Positions 10,777 to 19,311 of a DNA stretch of 39,854 nt are shown here, piece after piece; the stretch's first letter is position 1, and every line of letters starts with the position of its first letter. The position numbers were made by a program, and so were the translations under genes. Source of the stretch: Aggregatilineales bacterium (GTDB lineage: Bacteria; Chloroflexota; Anaerolineae; Aggregatilineales; Phototrophicaceae); contig JBBQRJ010000001.1 of NCBI GenBank assembly GCA_038214955.1, forward strand, positions 1 to 39,854, given 5' to 3'. Under the pieces are notes generated by a model. It was not told the origin of the DNA, ran no database searches, and worked only from the letters and a program-made list of their open reading frames with translations.

Positions 10777-12955
10777 GCCGCGTTTTCGACCTGATTTGCA
10801 TGTTGAAGTGGTTGAGCCGGACAACGTATTTTTATTGTCGGAAACCGCCTATCACACCTTGAGCGGGCGGCTCTATGCCATACTTGCGCCGCTCATTGAT
10901 GGGCGGCGCAGCGTTGAGCAAATCGCGCGGGCGCTGTCCCCCGCTGTTAGCGCGACACAGGTGCATTACGCGCTGCATCGGCTCAAGGAGCGTGGTTATG
11001 TCATCGACGCTGACCTGACGCTCCCCGAAAGCGAAGCTGCTTATTGGTCGCTGCATGGGAAAACCGTACTAACTCCCCTGCATGAAACGATCAACGTGTT
11101 GTCGATTGATGTAGCGGACATGCTGACCCCCTATATTCAGCAAGCGGGTTTGCACATCGATGCCGCTGCGCCGTTTACGCTCGTAGCCGTCAACGATTAT
11201 CTGAATCCCGTACTGGCAGACATCAACGCGGCGATGCTGCGCGATCAGCGGGCATGGATGCTGGTCAAGCCTGTCGGGGCATTTCTCTGGGTGGGTCCTG
11301 TGTTTATCCCCGCTTCAAGCGCCTGTTGGGAATGTTTGGCGCAGCGACTGCGCGGCAATCGCTCGGTAGAAGCGTTCATCGAGCGTACTAATGATCTGTC
11401 CACCCCAATTATGCTGTCACACGCGGCATTGCCTACGACAACAGGCGTGGCGGCGGCGCTTGCCCTTCAAGAAGCCTATCGCTGGTTGCGTACAGGCGAC
11501 AGCAGCTTGATCAATCGGCTGACGGTGGTTGACCCGCACAACTTCACGCTGACGCATCACGCGCTCGTTCAGCGTCCTCAGTGTCCCGCCTGTGGAGATG
11601 CCAGTCTGCGCGATCCGCGCCCTATCACGCTGATGTCTCGCGGGAAAATAGGCACTCGCAGTGCCGCCGCTGTGGATACCCTCGCACGCTATCAACATCA
11701 TGTCAGCCCGATCACGGGGGTGGTTCGCCAGTTAGACCGCGTGCCGAGTCTGGGAATACTTCATGTCTACGCAGCAGGGGCAAATCGTTCACGTCCGCTA
11801 CGCCAATGGGCGTGGATGCGGCGGACGCTGCGATCTCACAGTGCGGGCAAAGGCACCGACGAGACGAGCGCGAAGGTCAGCGCGTTATGCGAATCACTGG
11901 AACGTTACAGCGGCATGTTTGATAGCACCGAACCGCGTATCGAAGCGACGTTTACCGAACTTGGAGACGCGGCAGTTCATCCACATGATTTGCTAGGATT
12001 TAGCGAACGTCAGTACGCGACTCGCGCCGAATGGAATCCGACTGCGCCGCCTCATCTTGAAGTGCCAGCGCCATTCACAGATCATAAAATTGATTGGTCG
12101 CCTGTCTGGTCGCTCACCGAAGCGCGGTTCAAGTTTGTGCCGACGGCGTACTGCTATTACGGCTATCCGCTGCCTGACGACGATGTATTTTGCATCCCCG
12201 ACTCGAACGGGAATGCAGCGGGCAGTTCGCTCGAAGATGCGATAGTGCAGGGTTTCATGGAATTGGTCGAGCGCGACAGCATCGCCCTCTGGTGGTATAA
12301 CCGCGCCCGCCGTCCGTGTCTTGATTTGGACAGCCTGAAACACCCCTACATCACCCAAGTCCGCGACTTTTACGCCGCGAATCACCGCGAATTATGGGTG
12401 CTTGATCTCACCACCGACTTGGAGATTCCCGCGTTCGTGGCGATCAGCCGCCGCGTGGATAAACCCGCCGAAGACTTGATCATGGGCTTCGGAGCGCATT
12501 TTGACCCCATTGCTGCCGCGTTACGCGCCCTCACCGAATTGAATCAAATGCTGCCGTCCGTGCTGAGCCTTGATCACATCGGTGACTACTATTCGGAATC
12601 ATCATGGGAGCGGCGCTGGTGGACAATCGCGACGCTGGCGAATCAGCCGCATTTTGTGCCGCTTGACCAGCCCATGCGCTCAGTTGCCTCTTTTCAGCGC
12701 CACGACACCGATGATCTCGCTGAGGATGTGCGTGTCTGTGAGCGCATCGTGCGCGAACAGGGACTCGAAATGCTGGTGCTGGATCAAACTCGCGCCGATA
12801 TTGGCTTGCCCGTTGTCAAAGTAATCGTGCCGGGACTGCGCCATTTCTGGAATCGTTTCGCGCCGGGGCGCTTATACGATGTGCCAGTGAAGCTGGGCTG
12901 GTTGCAGCACCCCACGCCCGAAACCGGACTCAACCCTGAACTGATGACCCTTTAA
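10769..12955 (+). CDS. Fused TOMM cyclodehydratase (RRE + E1-like C domain + YcaO D domain), PatD/TruD-like
   Basis: N-terminal winged-helix RRE-like region; VGPVFIP; zinc-type motifs CWEC and CPAC; YcaO motifs HVSPITGVV, SAGKG, CESLERYS, DSNGNAAG, ELVERDS, ELNQ and VIVPGLRHFW. Confidence 0.92.
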   Translation: MNKPRFRPDLHVEVVEPDNVFLLSETAYHTLSGRLYAILAPLIDGRRSVEQIARALSPAVSATQVHYALHRLKERGYVIDADLTLPESEAAYWSLHGKTVLTPLHETINVLSIDVADMLTPYIQQAGLHIDAAAPFTLVAVNDYLNPVLADINAAMLRDQRAWMLVKPVGAFLWVGPVFIPASSACWECLAQRLRGNRSVEAFIERTNDLSTPIMLSHAALPTTTGVAAALALQEAYRWLRTGDSSLINRLTVVDPHNFTLTHHALVQRPQCPACGDASLRDPRPITLMSRGKIGTRSAAAVDTLARYQHHVSPITGVVRQLDRVPSLGILHVYAAGANRSRPLRQWAWMRRTLRSHSAGKGTDETSAKVSALCESLERYSGMFDSTEPRIEATFTELGDAAVHPHDLLGFSERQYATRAEWNPTAPPHLEVPAPFTDHKIDWSPVWSLTEARFKFVPTAYCYYGYPLPDDDVFCIPDSNGNAAGSSLEDAIVQGFMELVERDSIALWWYNRARRPCLDLDSLKHPYITQVRDFYAANHRELWVLDLTTDLEIPAFVAISRRVDKPAEDLIMGFGAHFDPIAAALRALTELNQMLPSVLSLDHIGDYYSESSWERRWWTIATLANQPHFVPLDQPMRSVASFQRHDTDDLAEDVRVCERIVREQGLEMLVLDQTRADIGLPVVKVIVPGLRHFWNRFAPGRLYDVPVKLGWLQHPTPETGLNPELMTL

Positions 12956-12964
12956 GGTATTCCT

Positions 12965-14101
12965 ATGCCTCTCAACATCGTGGACTCAACCGATTCGCAT
13001 CACATTCCCATTCGCACACTGGTTCTGGATGGAACGCCGTTAGCGGTCTGGACGCCGATCATGCCCTATATCCGTCTGCATCATCCGTTCGATCCCGACG
13101 GTGTTTACATCCTGTCCCGCTTCGCCTATTTACGCCGCGCTGAGGAACAGTGCGTGCTGGAACATCCCGACGCGCTCGTGCGAATCGACTTTCTGGATGG
13201 GCGGGCGCTGGCACTTTTCGGGCAGTTGATCGGCGGGTTGGAAGTCGATCAAGCATTTCGAGAATTCATCGTGACGGCAGGGTTCATGGATGCAGTGGTT
13301 TCCGAAAATGCAGCATCACGGAATCGCTGGTCATTTCATGATCGGTTGTTTCAAGCGAAAACGCGCACAGGTGGGCGGCGTTTGCAGCAGCCGAAGTATA
13401 AGGTTGATGCGCCAGCCGATTTACCCCCTGTGGTCATTCCGTTAAATCCCCACGCCACGTATATTCCGCTCTACAAACCTGACTTAGCTGCCCTGACGCA
13501 AACAGACCCCTCCTTCACAGCCGTTCTGGAGTCGCGGCGGACGCGCTACGACTACGCGGACACGCCAATCACAGTGAATCAATTAGGGGAGTTCTTGTAC
13601 CGCGCAGCGCGTATTCAGCGGGTCGTGCAAGGGTCAGATTATGAAGGCAGCTTGCGTCCATCAGCAGGGGCAGGAGCGTTGCACGAACTCAATCTGTATA
13701 TTGTCGCCGCCCGCTGCGAAGGATTGGAGCAGGATATTTATCTTTACGACCCGCTGCGACATCAAGTGGGGAAACTGAATACCTCGTTTGGTTTTGATGA
13801 TCTGCTTGCGAACGCAACTATGATGACGGGCGGGCAGGTAAGTGTACCGCAGGTGTTGATTGTGATCACGGCACAGTTTGATCGCATCAACTGGAAATAC
13901 CCTGACACGGCGCTCTCGCTGGTGTTGAAAGATGTGGGCGTGCTGTACCAAACGATGTATTTGGTCGCAACCGCAATGGGACTCGCGCCCTGTGCGTTGG
14001 GCGGGGGGGATGCGAAACTGTTCAACCGGATTGCCGAACTCCACGAGCATGAAGAATCCGTCGGTGAATTCTTACTGGGGAGTTCTATACAAAATTCATA
14101 A
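12965..14101 (+). CDS. SagB/ThcOx-family FMN-dependent azoline dehydrogenase
   Basis: LSRFAYLRR N-terminal clamp-like region; nitroreductase motifs RRTR and RPSAGAGALHEL; Lys-Tyr pair in WKY; KDVGVLYQTMYLVATAMGLAPCALG. Confidence 0.9.
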   Translation: MPLNIVDSTDSHHIPIRTLVLDGTPLAVWTPIMPYIRLHHPFDPDGVYILSRFAYLRRAEEQCVLEHPDALVRIDFLDGRALALFGQLIGGLEVDQAFREFIVTAGFMDAVVSENAASRNRWSFHDRLFQAKTRTGGRRLQQPKYKVDAPADLPPVVIPLNPHATYIPLYKPDLAALTQTDPSFTAVLESRRTRYDYADTPITVNQLGEFLYRAARIQRVVQGSDYEGSLRPSAGAGALHELNLYIVAARCEGLEQDIYLYDPLRHQVGKLNTSFGFDDLLANATMMTGGQVSVPQVLIVITAQFDRINWKYPDTALSLVLKDVGVLYQTMYLVATAMGLAPCALGGGDAKLFNRIAELHEHEESVGEFLLGSSIQNS

Positions 14102-14110
14102 ATAAAAATC

Positions 14111-14152
14111 TTGTAAATTCTAATTGACATTACAATAAATATTCGCTATTCT
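14111..14152 (+). promoter_or_regulatory. Internal sigma70 promoter for the precursor gene with overlapping dyad
   Basis: Perfect TTGACA (14124-14129)-N17-TATTCT (14147-14152) in an AT-rich gap. Inverted repeat TTGTAA (14111-14116)-N13-TTACAA (14130-14135) straddles the -35 box. Confidence 0.7.
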
Positions 14153-14188
14153 ATAAATGTCATTCGTTATGTTGGGAGGATGAAGGTT

Positions 14189-14530
14189 ATGTCATTAGCA
14201 CATGCTAAACAATTTATTTCATCCATCGAAGCCGACTCTGTTCTCCAATCACGTGTAATCGCTTCTCACTGGAATACAGGCGTAATTTTGCGCGAAGCTG
14301 CTGTCCGTAATTATTCTTTCACCGCTGCCGAAATTGAAACCGTCCTCGACGAGACTTTCGGTGTGCTGGCAGAAGATGTACTCTTTAATGCGGCGGGTGG
14401 CAAAAACGACGACGCGGGCAATGATAAGTATCCTAATCCGCCGCCCGGTCAAAACCCAGATCGCGGTTCGTGGTCGCCGCCGCCCGGTGATGTGTCGGGT
14501 AATTCGTGTCTGTTTGGTTGGCGCGGCTAA
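14189..14530 (+). CDS. Nif11-like leader RiPP precursor peptide (double-glycine cleavage site)
   Basis: The leader MSLAHAKQFISSIEADSVLQSRV...NYSFTAAE...LAEDVLFNAAGG matches the Nif11-type leader pattern. The core (14402-14527) is KNDDAGNDKYPNPPPGQNPDRGSWSPPPGDVSGNSCLFGWRG. GGAGG at 14175-14179 favours ATG 14189 over 14180. Confidence 0.88.
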   Translation: MSLAHAKQFISSIEADSVLQSRVIASHWNTGVILREAAVRNYSFTAAEIETVLDETFGVLAEDVLFNAAGGKNDDAGNDKYPNPPPGQNPDRGSWSPPPGDVSGNSCLFGWRG

Positions 14531-14549
14531 TCATGATTCGGCGTTAAAC

Positions 14550-14572
14550 GAAGCCCGTGACGAACGGGCTTC
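14550..14572 (+). terminator. Stem-loop after the precursor (mRNA-stabilising hairpin or weak terminator)
   Basis: gaagcccgt-gacga-acgggcttc forms a perfect 9-bp stem with no U-tract. Confidence 0.6.
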
Positions 14573-14587
14573 TCATGGATGCACTAG

Positions 14588-15037
14588 ATGTCTTTACAAC
14601 CGCCTATCTACCGACAAGCAGCACTCGAAAAATATAAGTCTCCGCAGTCGCTCGATGAAATCCCGCAGTTGACCCCGCTCCATGCGTGGGTTGCGCTGGC
14701 GGCGCTTGCTTGTCTGATCGGCGCGGCGCTTCTGTGGGGCATGTTTGGCACGCTCATCAGCCAAATCGAAACGCAGGGCGTTGTCCAATCTGGCACGCTG
14801 GTCGTCACATTAGACGCGGCGCAAGCGGCGCAAATTCAAACGGGCATGATCGTCCGCGCCCTCTGTTCAGGCGCGTCGCACGCCGGAACGGTGAGAGCGA
14901 TCATTTACAATACTCAGCAGCGCCTATTTGAAGTCACTGTCATGCTGGATTCTTCTCCGCCCTCAAACACCCCTTGCTCTGTCTCTGTCATCACACGCGA
15001 AGAACACCCCCTTCAACGTGTATTTCCCGCCCATTAA
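14588..15037 (+). CDS. Short NHLP-type secretion accessory protein (truncated HlyD-like)
   Basis: The N-terminus IYRQAALEKYKSPQSLDE + TM helix + WGMFG and the C-terminal TPCSVSVITREEHPL are typical of NHLP-system HlyD proteins, but the protein is only 149 aa. Confidence 0.75.
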   Translation: MSLQPPIYRQAALEKYKSPQSLDEIPQLTPLHAWVALAALACLIGAALLWGMFGTLISQIETQGVVQSGTLVVTLDAAQAAQIQTGMIVRALCSGASHAGTVRAIIYNTQQRLFEVTVMLDSSPPSNTPCSVSVITREEHPLQRVFPAH

Positions 15038-15043
15038 ATCGCT

Positions 15044-18000
15044 ATGACCACGCGACTCAAAACGCCTTTGCTGCTGCAAATGGAAGCTGTCGAGTGTGGG
15101 GCGGCGGCGTTGGGTATCGTGCTGCGCTATTACGGTCATTACGCGCCCTTAGAAGAACTGCGCGTGGTATGCGGCGTATCGCGTGACGGTATCAACGCGC
15201 TCAATATCCTCAAAGCGGCGCAGGGATACGGACTCGAAACGAACGGACTGCGGCGCAGCACGCTGGAAAGTCTGCGTGACGTTGCGCTCCCCGCGATCCT
15301 CTACTGGAACTTCAATCATTTCGTTGTGCTGGAAGGCTTTGACCGTGACCATGCCTACCTGAACGATCCCGCTGTCGGGCGGCGCATCGTCTCCCTGTCG
15401 GAAATGGACGGGGCATATACGGGCTTGGTTCTCACCTTTAAGCCGACCCCCGCTTTCAAGAAGCGCGGACAGCCTTTTCGCCTGCTTCGCGCTTTGACCG
15501 AACGTTTGCATGGCTATCGCACGGCGCTGGCATTCGTCATGCTAACCACGTTGTTCATGGTCGTTCCCAGCTTTGTCGTGCCTGTCTTTTTGCGCGTATT
15601 TGTTGATGACATCCTGATCGGTGGGCAAGACTGGATCGCGCCCCTTTTGCTTGGCATGGCAGCCGTCGCTGTGCTGCGCGGAATGCTCAAGTGGTTGCAA
15701 GGGAGTGCGCTGCTGCGTTTGGAAATTCGGCTTGGCACAGAGACCGCCGCAGGGTTCTTCTGGCACGCGCTCAATTTACCCTACCTGTTTTATACGCAGC
15801 GTGCCGCAGGGGATATTGCTTCTCGCGTGAGCGCCAATGACCGCATCACTCACTTGATCACGGGCGAACTAGCGATCACGTTTATCAATCTGCTGCTGTC
15901 CGCTTTTTACGTCGTCTTGATGCTCACCTACAGCCCCTTGCTCACACTGATCGGCGTGACGTTCGCGCTGCTCAACCTGTTGATCTTGCGGTTTATCTCG
16001 CGCCGCCAAGCCGCCGCGAATCAACGCTTGCAGCAGGAACGGGGCAAGCTCACCAGTGCCATCACGAGCGGCTTGCGCTCCATCGAAACGCTGAAGGCGC
16101 TTGGGGCAGAATCTACACTGTTCGCCCGTTGGACAGGGTTGCAAGCCTCGATTGTGAACGTGGAGCAGGAAGTCGGCACACTGACCAACTGGCTTGCGGC
16201 GCTGTCGGTGTTCCTGTTTGCCGTCAGCGCCACGCTGATTCTCGGTGTAGGCGGAACGCTCGTGTTGAACGGGGCGCTGTCAGTGGGGATGCTGGTTGCG
16301 TTTCAAAGCATCCTGTTCGGCTTCAACGATTCGATTGAGCGCGTGATCGGTCTAGTCAACCGCGTACAGGAAGCCGAAGGCGATTTGAACCGCCTCGAAG
16401 ATGTGTTGAACACGCCGCGTGACCCCGCCACAATCGATTCGGCAGAGGGAAACACCGCATTAACTGGACAGGTTGAGGTACGCGATGTGTCGTTCGGGTT
16501 CAATCCCCTGCAAGCGCCCTTTCTCCAGCACATTTCTCTGAACATCAAAGCCGGAGAACGAGTCGCGCTGGTGGGAACGTCCGGCAGCGGTAAATCGACG
16601 GTAGCGCGATTGATCGCGGGTTTGTATCCCGCGTGGCGCGGCGAGATTTATTTTGACGGAATGAGCCGTGAACAACTGCCGCGTGCGGCGATCACATCAG
16701 CGGTAGCGTTGGTGGATCAGCAAACCGCGTTGTTCAGCGGCACGATACTCGATAACCTGACGTTGTGGGACAACACAGTCATCACAGCCGATGTCATGCA
16801 AGCGGCAAAAGATGCGGCTATCCATGAGCGTATTACGCAGCTTCCCCAGCATTATCACGCCCACGTTGAAGAAAATGGCGGCAATTTTAGCGGCGGCGAA
16901 CGTCAGCGTTTCGAGATCGCGCGGGCGCTGGTTGGCAAGCCTAAACTGCTCATTCTGGATGAAGCGACGAGCGCCCTTGATTCCGAAACCGAAACGCGGG
17001 TGCTGGAAAATATCGCATGGCGCGGCTGTGCCTGTTTGATCATCACCCATCGCCTCGCTACTGTGCGGGACTGCCATCGTATCCTTGTGTTGGATGGCGG
17101 CAGAATTGTGGAGCAGGGCAGCCATGACGAATTGATCGACCAAAATGGCGTTTATGCCAGTTTACTGAACAGCGATCAGCTTGAGGCTGAGCCACTCCCT
17201 GTTGAAAAAGCCACCCTTGATGGCGCTGCTGAACAATACAAAACGCTGCTCAACCGTCCGAAGGGATTGCATCAAACCGATGCTCTGACATCAGCATGTG
17301 AGCAAATCGGTCAGGCGCTTGGGGTGTCCATCACGATTCCGGCACGTTTGAGCGCTTATAAATATCCCGCGCTTGAAATTGCCGCCTGTTCGGGCTTAGG
17401 CGTGCGCCGCGTGGCGCTCACAAATGTGAAGCGCATCGAGGCGTTTAGTGCCGTGCTGGCGGTTGCAGATCACCAGCCCGTTGTCCTGCTGCAAGGCGCA
17501 CGGATCACGCCGACAGCGTATGAACCAACGGCATTTCTATTCTACAAACCGCTGCCCACTCACCTAAATGTAGAGCAAGTTTTCCAGTTTGCGTGGCAGA
17601 TGATTCGCGCCAATGTTGGGGTGATTCTGGCAGTTGGCATCGTGAGCGGTTTACTAGGCATTGCGCTGCCTCTGCTGACCTCAGTCGTCTTTGACGATGT
17701 GATCCCCGCCCGCAGTCAAAATCAAATGCTGCTGGTGGTGATCGTGCTGATCCTCAGTTCTGCTGCGCTGGCATTGTTTCAAGTGCTGCGCGGGGCGGCG
17801 GCACTTCGCATTCAAGGTTTGTTCGACAGCTTTTTACAGACCGCCCTCTGGAATCGCCTCTTAAATCTTCCTGTCGCCTTCTTTCGCGCCTTCGACGCGG
17901 GCGATCTGGCAGAACGTGCCGTTGGTATCGGGGCAGTCAAGTCGATTATTGCGGATGCGGTGGCACTGTCCTTGCTGACGGGCTTGTTTTCTGTATTCAA

Positions 18001-19225
18001 CTTTGGGGTGTTGTTCGCACTGGATGTGCCGTTAGCACTGGTCGCGCTGGCACTTGCCGTCCTGCTGATGGTGTTCACATCTGCCGCCGGATTGTGGCGG
18101 CTTGGTTTCCAGAAAACGATTGTCGGCACACGTGGACGCATTACAGGCGTAGTGCTGCAATTGCTCAACAGCGTGGCAAAATTGCGCGTTGCGGCTGCGG
18201 AAGGGCGTGCGTTCAAGGTCTGGCTTGGCTTGTTTGGTGAGCAGCAGCGGGCGCTGTTCGCTATGCAGCGTATCCAACTCGGATTGCAAGTGATCATTGC
18301 GGTTTATCCGCTGCTGGCATCCATGCTGATCTTTGCCCTCGCATACGAACGGGGAACGCTCACAACTGGCATGTTTCTGGCATTCAACCTCGCTTTCGCC
18401 CAGTTGATCATCGCTGGAAGTTCGTTAAGCGGCACGGTGATCAATGCGCTCATGGCGCTCCCATTCATCGAGCGAATCGCGCCGCTGCTGGCAGCCATAC
18501 CCGAACTAGAGTCGCACCGCGAACTACCGGGCGACATCAGCGGCGCGATTCGCATTGAAAACGTGTCGTTTCGCTACCAGCCGGATGCGCCACTTGTTCT
18601 CGATGATGTTTCGCTTGACATCAAAGCGGGGGAATATGTCGTCATCGTTGGGGCATCAGGTTCAGGTAAATCGACCCTGATGCGTTTGCTATTGGGTTTT
18701 GAAATGCCTGAAAAAGGTACTATCTTCTATGACGGCAAATCGCTCGATAGGCTGCATTTACAGGTGCTGAGGCGTCAAATGGGGTCCGTCATGCAGGGCG
18801 CACAACTGATCGGCGGCACGATTTTCTCAAATATCGTGGGCGCACGCGATTTAACCGTTGATGATGCGTGGTATGCCGCGCAGCTTGCAGAAATCGCTGA
18901 GGATATTCGCCAACTGCCGATGGGCATGGACACGGTCATCGGTGAAGAAAACGCGGCGTTTTCCGGCGGGCAAAAGCAGCGCCTGTTGATCGCCCGCGCT
19001 CTGGCATTTCGCCCGCGCATCATCCTGTTCGACGAGGCGACCAGTTCTCTAGACGAAATCACGCAAGCGCGGGTCATGCGGAATCTCGGTCAGCTTGGGG
19101 TGACGCGCATCCTGATCACCCATCGAAGCTCAATGCTCCATCAAGCGGATCGCATTTTTTTGCTGCATGAAGGACGCTTGCAGGAAACCACAGAGCCACG
19201 CGGTGTCGGCTGGGAAAATCCCTAG
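15044..19225 (+). CDS. Fused NHLP-type peptidase-containing ABC exporter (C39-TMD-NBD-TMD-NBD)
   Basis: C39 motifs QMEAVECGAAAL, HFVV and NDP. NBD1: GTSGSGKS, FSGGERQR, ILDEATS. NBD2: GASGSGKS, FSGGQKQR, LFDEATS. Two TMDs in one 1393-aa ORF. Confidence 0.9.
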   Translation: MTTRLKTPLLLQMEAVECGAAALGIVLRYYGHYAPLEELRVVCGVSRDGINALNILKAAQGYGLETNGLRRSTLESLRDVALPAILYWNFNHFVVLEGFDRDHAYLNDPAVGRRIVSLSEMDGAYTGLVLTFKPTPAFKKRGQPFRLLRALTERLHGYRTALAFVMLTTLFMVVPSFVVPVFLRVFVDDILIGGQDWIAPLLLGMAAVAVLRGMLKWLQGSALLRLEIRLGTETAAGFFWHALNLPYLFYTQRAAGDIASRVSANDRITHLITGELAITFINLLLSAFYVVLMLTYSPLLTLIGVTFALLNLLILRFISRRQAAANQRLQQERGKLTSAITSGLRSIETLKALGAESTLFARWTGLQASIVNVEQEVGTLTNWLAALSVFLFAVSATLILGVGGTLVLNGALSVGMLVAFQSILFGFNDSIERVIGLVNRVQEAEGDLNRLEDVLNTPRDPATIDSAEGNTALTGQVEVRDVSFGFNPLQAPFLQHISLNIKAGERVALVGTSGSGKSTVARLIAGLYPAWRGEIYFDGMSREQLPRAAITSAVALVDQQTALFSGTILDNLTLWDNTVITADVMQAAKDAAIHERITQLPQHYHAHVEENGGNFSGGERQRFEIARALVGKPKLLILDEATSALDSETETRVLENIAWRGCACLIITHRLATVRDCHRILVLDGGRIVEQGSHDELIDQNGVYASLLNSDQLEAEPLPVEKATLDGAAEQYKTLLNRPKGLHQTDALTSACEQIGQALGVSITIPARLSAYKYPALEIAACSGLGVRRVALTNVKRIEAFSAVLAVADHQPVVLLQGARITPTAYEPTAFLFYKPLPTHLNVEQVFQFAWQMIRANVGVILAVGIVSGLLGIALPLLTSVVFDDVIPARSQNQMLLVVIVLILSSAALALFQVLRGAAALRIQGLFDSFLQTALWNRLLNLPVAFFRAFDAGDLAERAVGIGAVKSIIADAVALSLLTGLFSVFNFGVLFALDVPLALVALALAVLLMVFTSAAGLWRLGFQKTIVGTRGRITGVVLQLLNSVAKLRVAAAEGRAFKVWLGLFGEQQRALFAMQRIQLGLQVIIAVYPLLASMLIFALAYERGTLTTGMFLAFNLAFAQLIIAGSSLSGTVINALMALPFIERIAPLLAAIPELESHRELPGDISGAIRIENVSFRYQPDAPLVLDDVSLDIKAGEYVVIVGASGSGKSTLMRLLLGFEMPEKGTIFYDGKSLDRLHLQVLRRQMGSVMQGAQLIGGTIFSNIVGARDLTVDDAWYAAQLAEIAEDIRQLPMGMDTVIGEENAAFSGGQKQRLLIARALAFRPRIILFDEATSSLDEITQARVMRNLGQLGVTRILITHRSSMLHQADRIFLLHEGRLQETTEPRGVGWENP

Positions 19226-19311
19226 ACGCCCGTCAAGAAAGCAGGTTAAGCAGTTCTCCCCTGGTACTGCCCACGGGCTACTCGCCCACCGGCGTTTTGG
19301 TACTGTAACCA

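Noticed and set aside
14180-14188. Longer start for the precursor (MKV-)
   Set aside because: GGAGG abuts this ATG with no spacing; ATG 14189 has proper spacing and gives the typical MS- start of Nif11-type leaders.
14334-14672. 112-aa Arg-rich alternative-frame ORF as a second precursor
   Set aside because: It overlaps the precursor and the HlyD-like gene out of frame, and has no leader motif or RBS.
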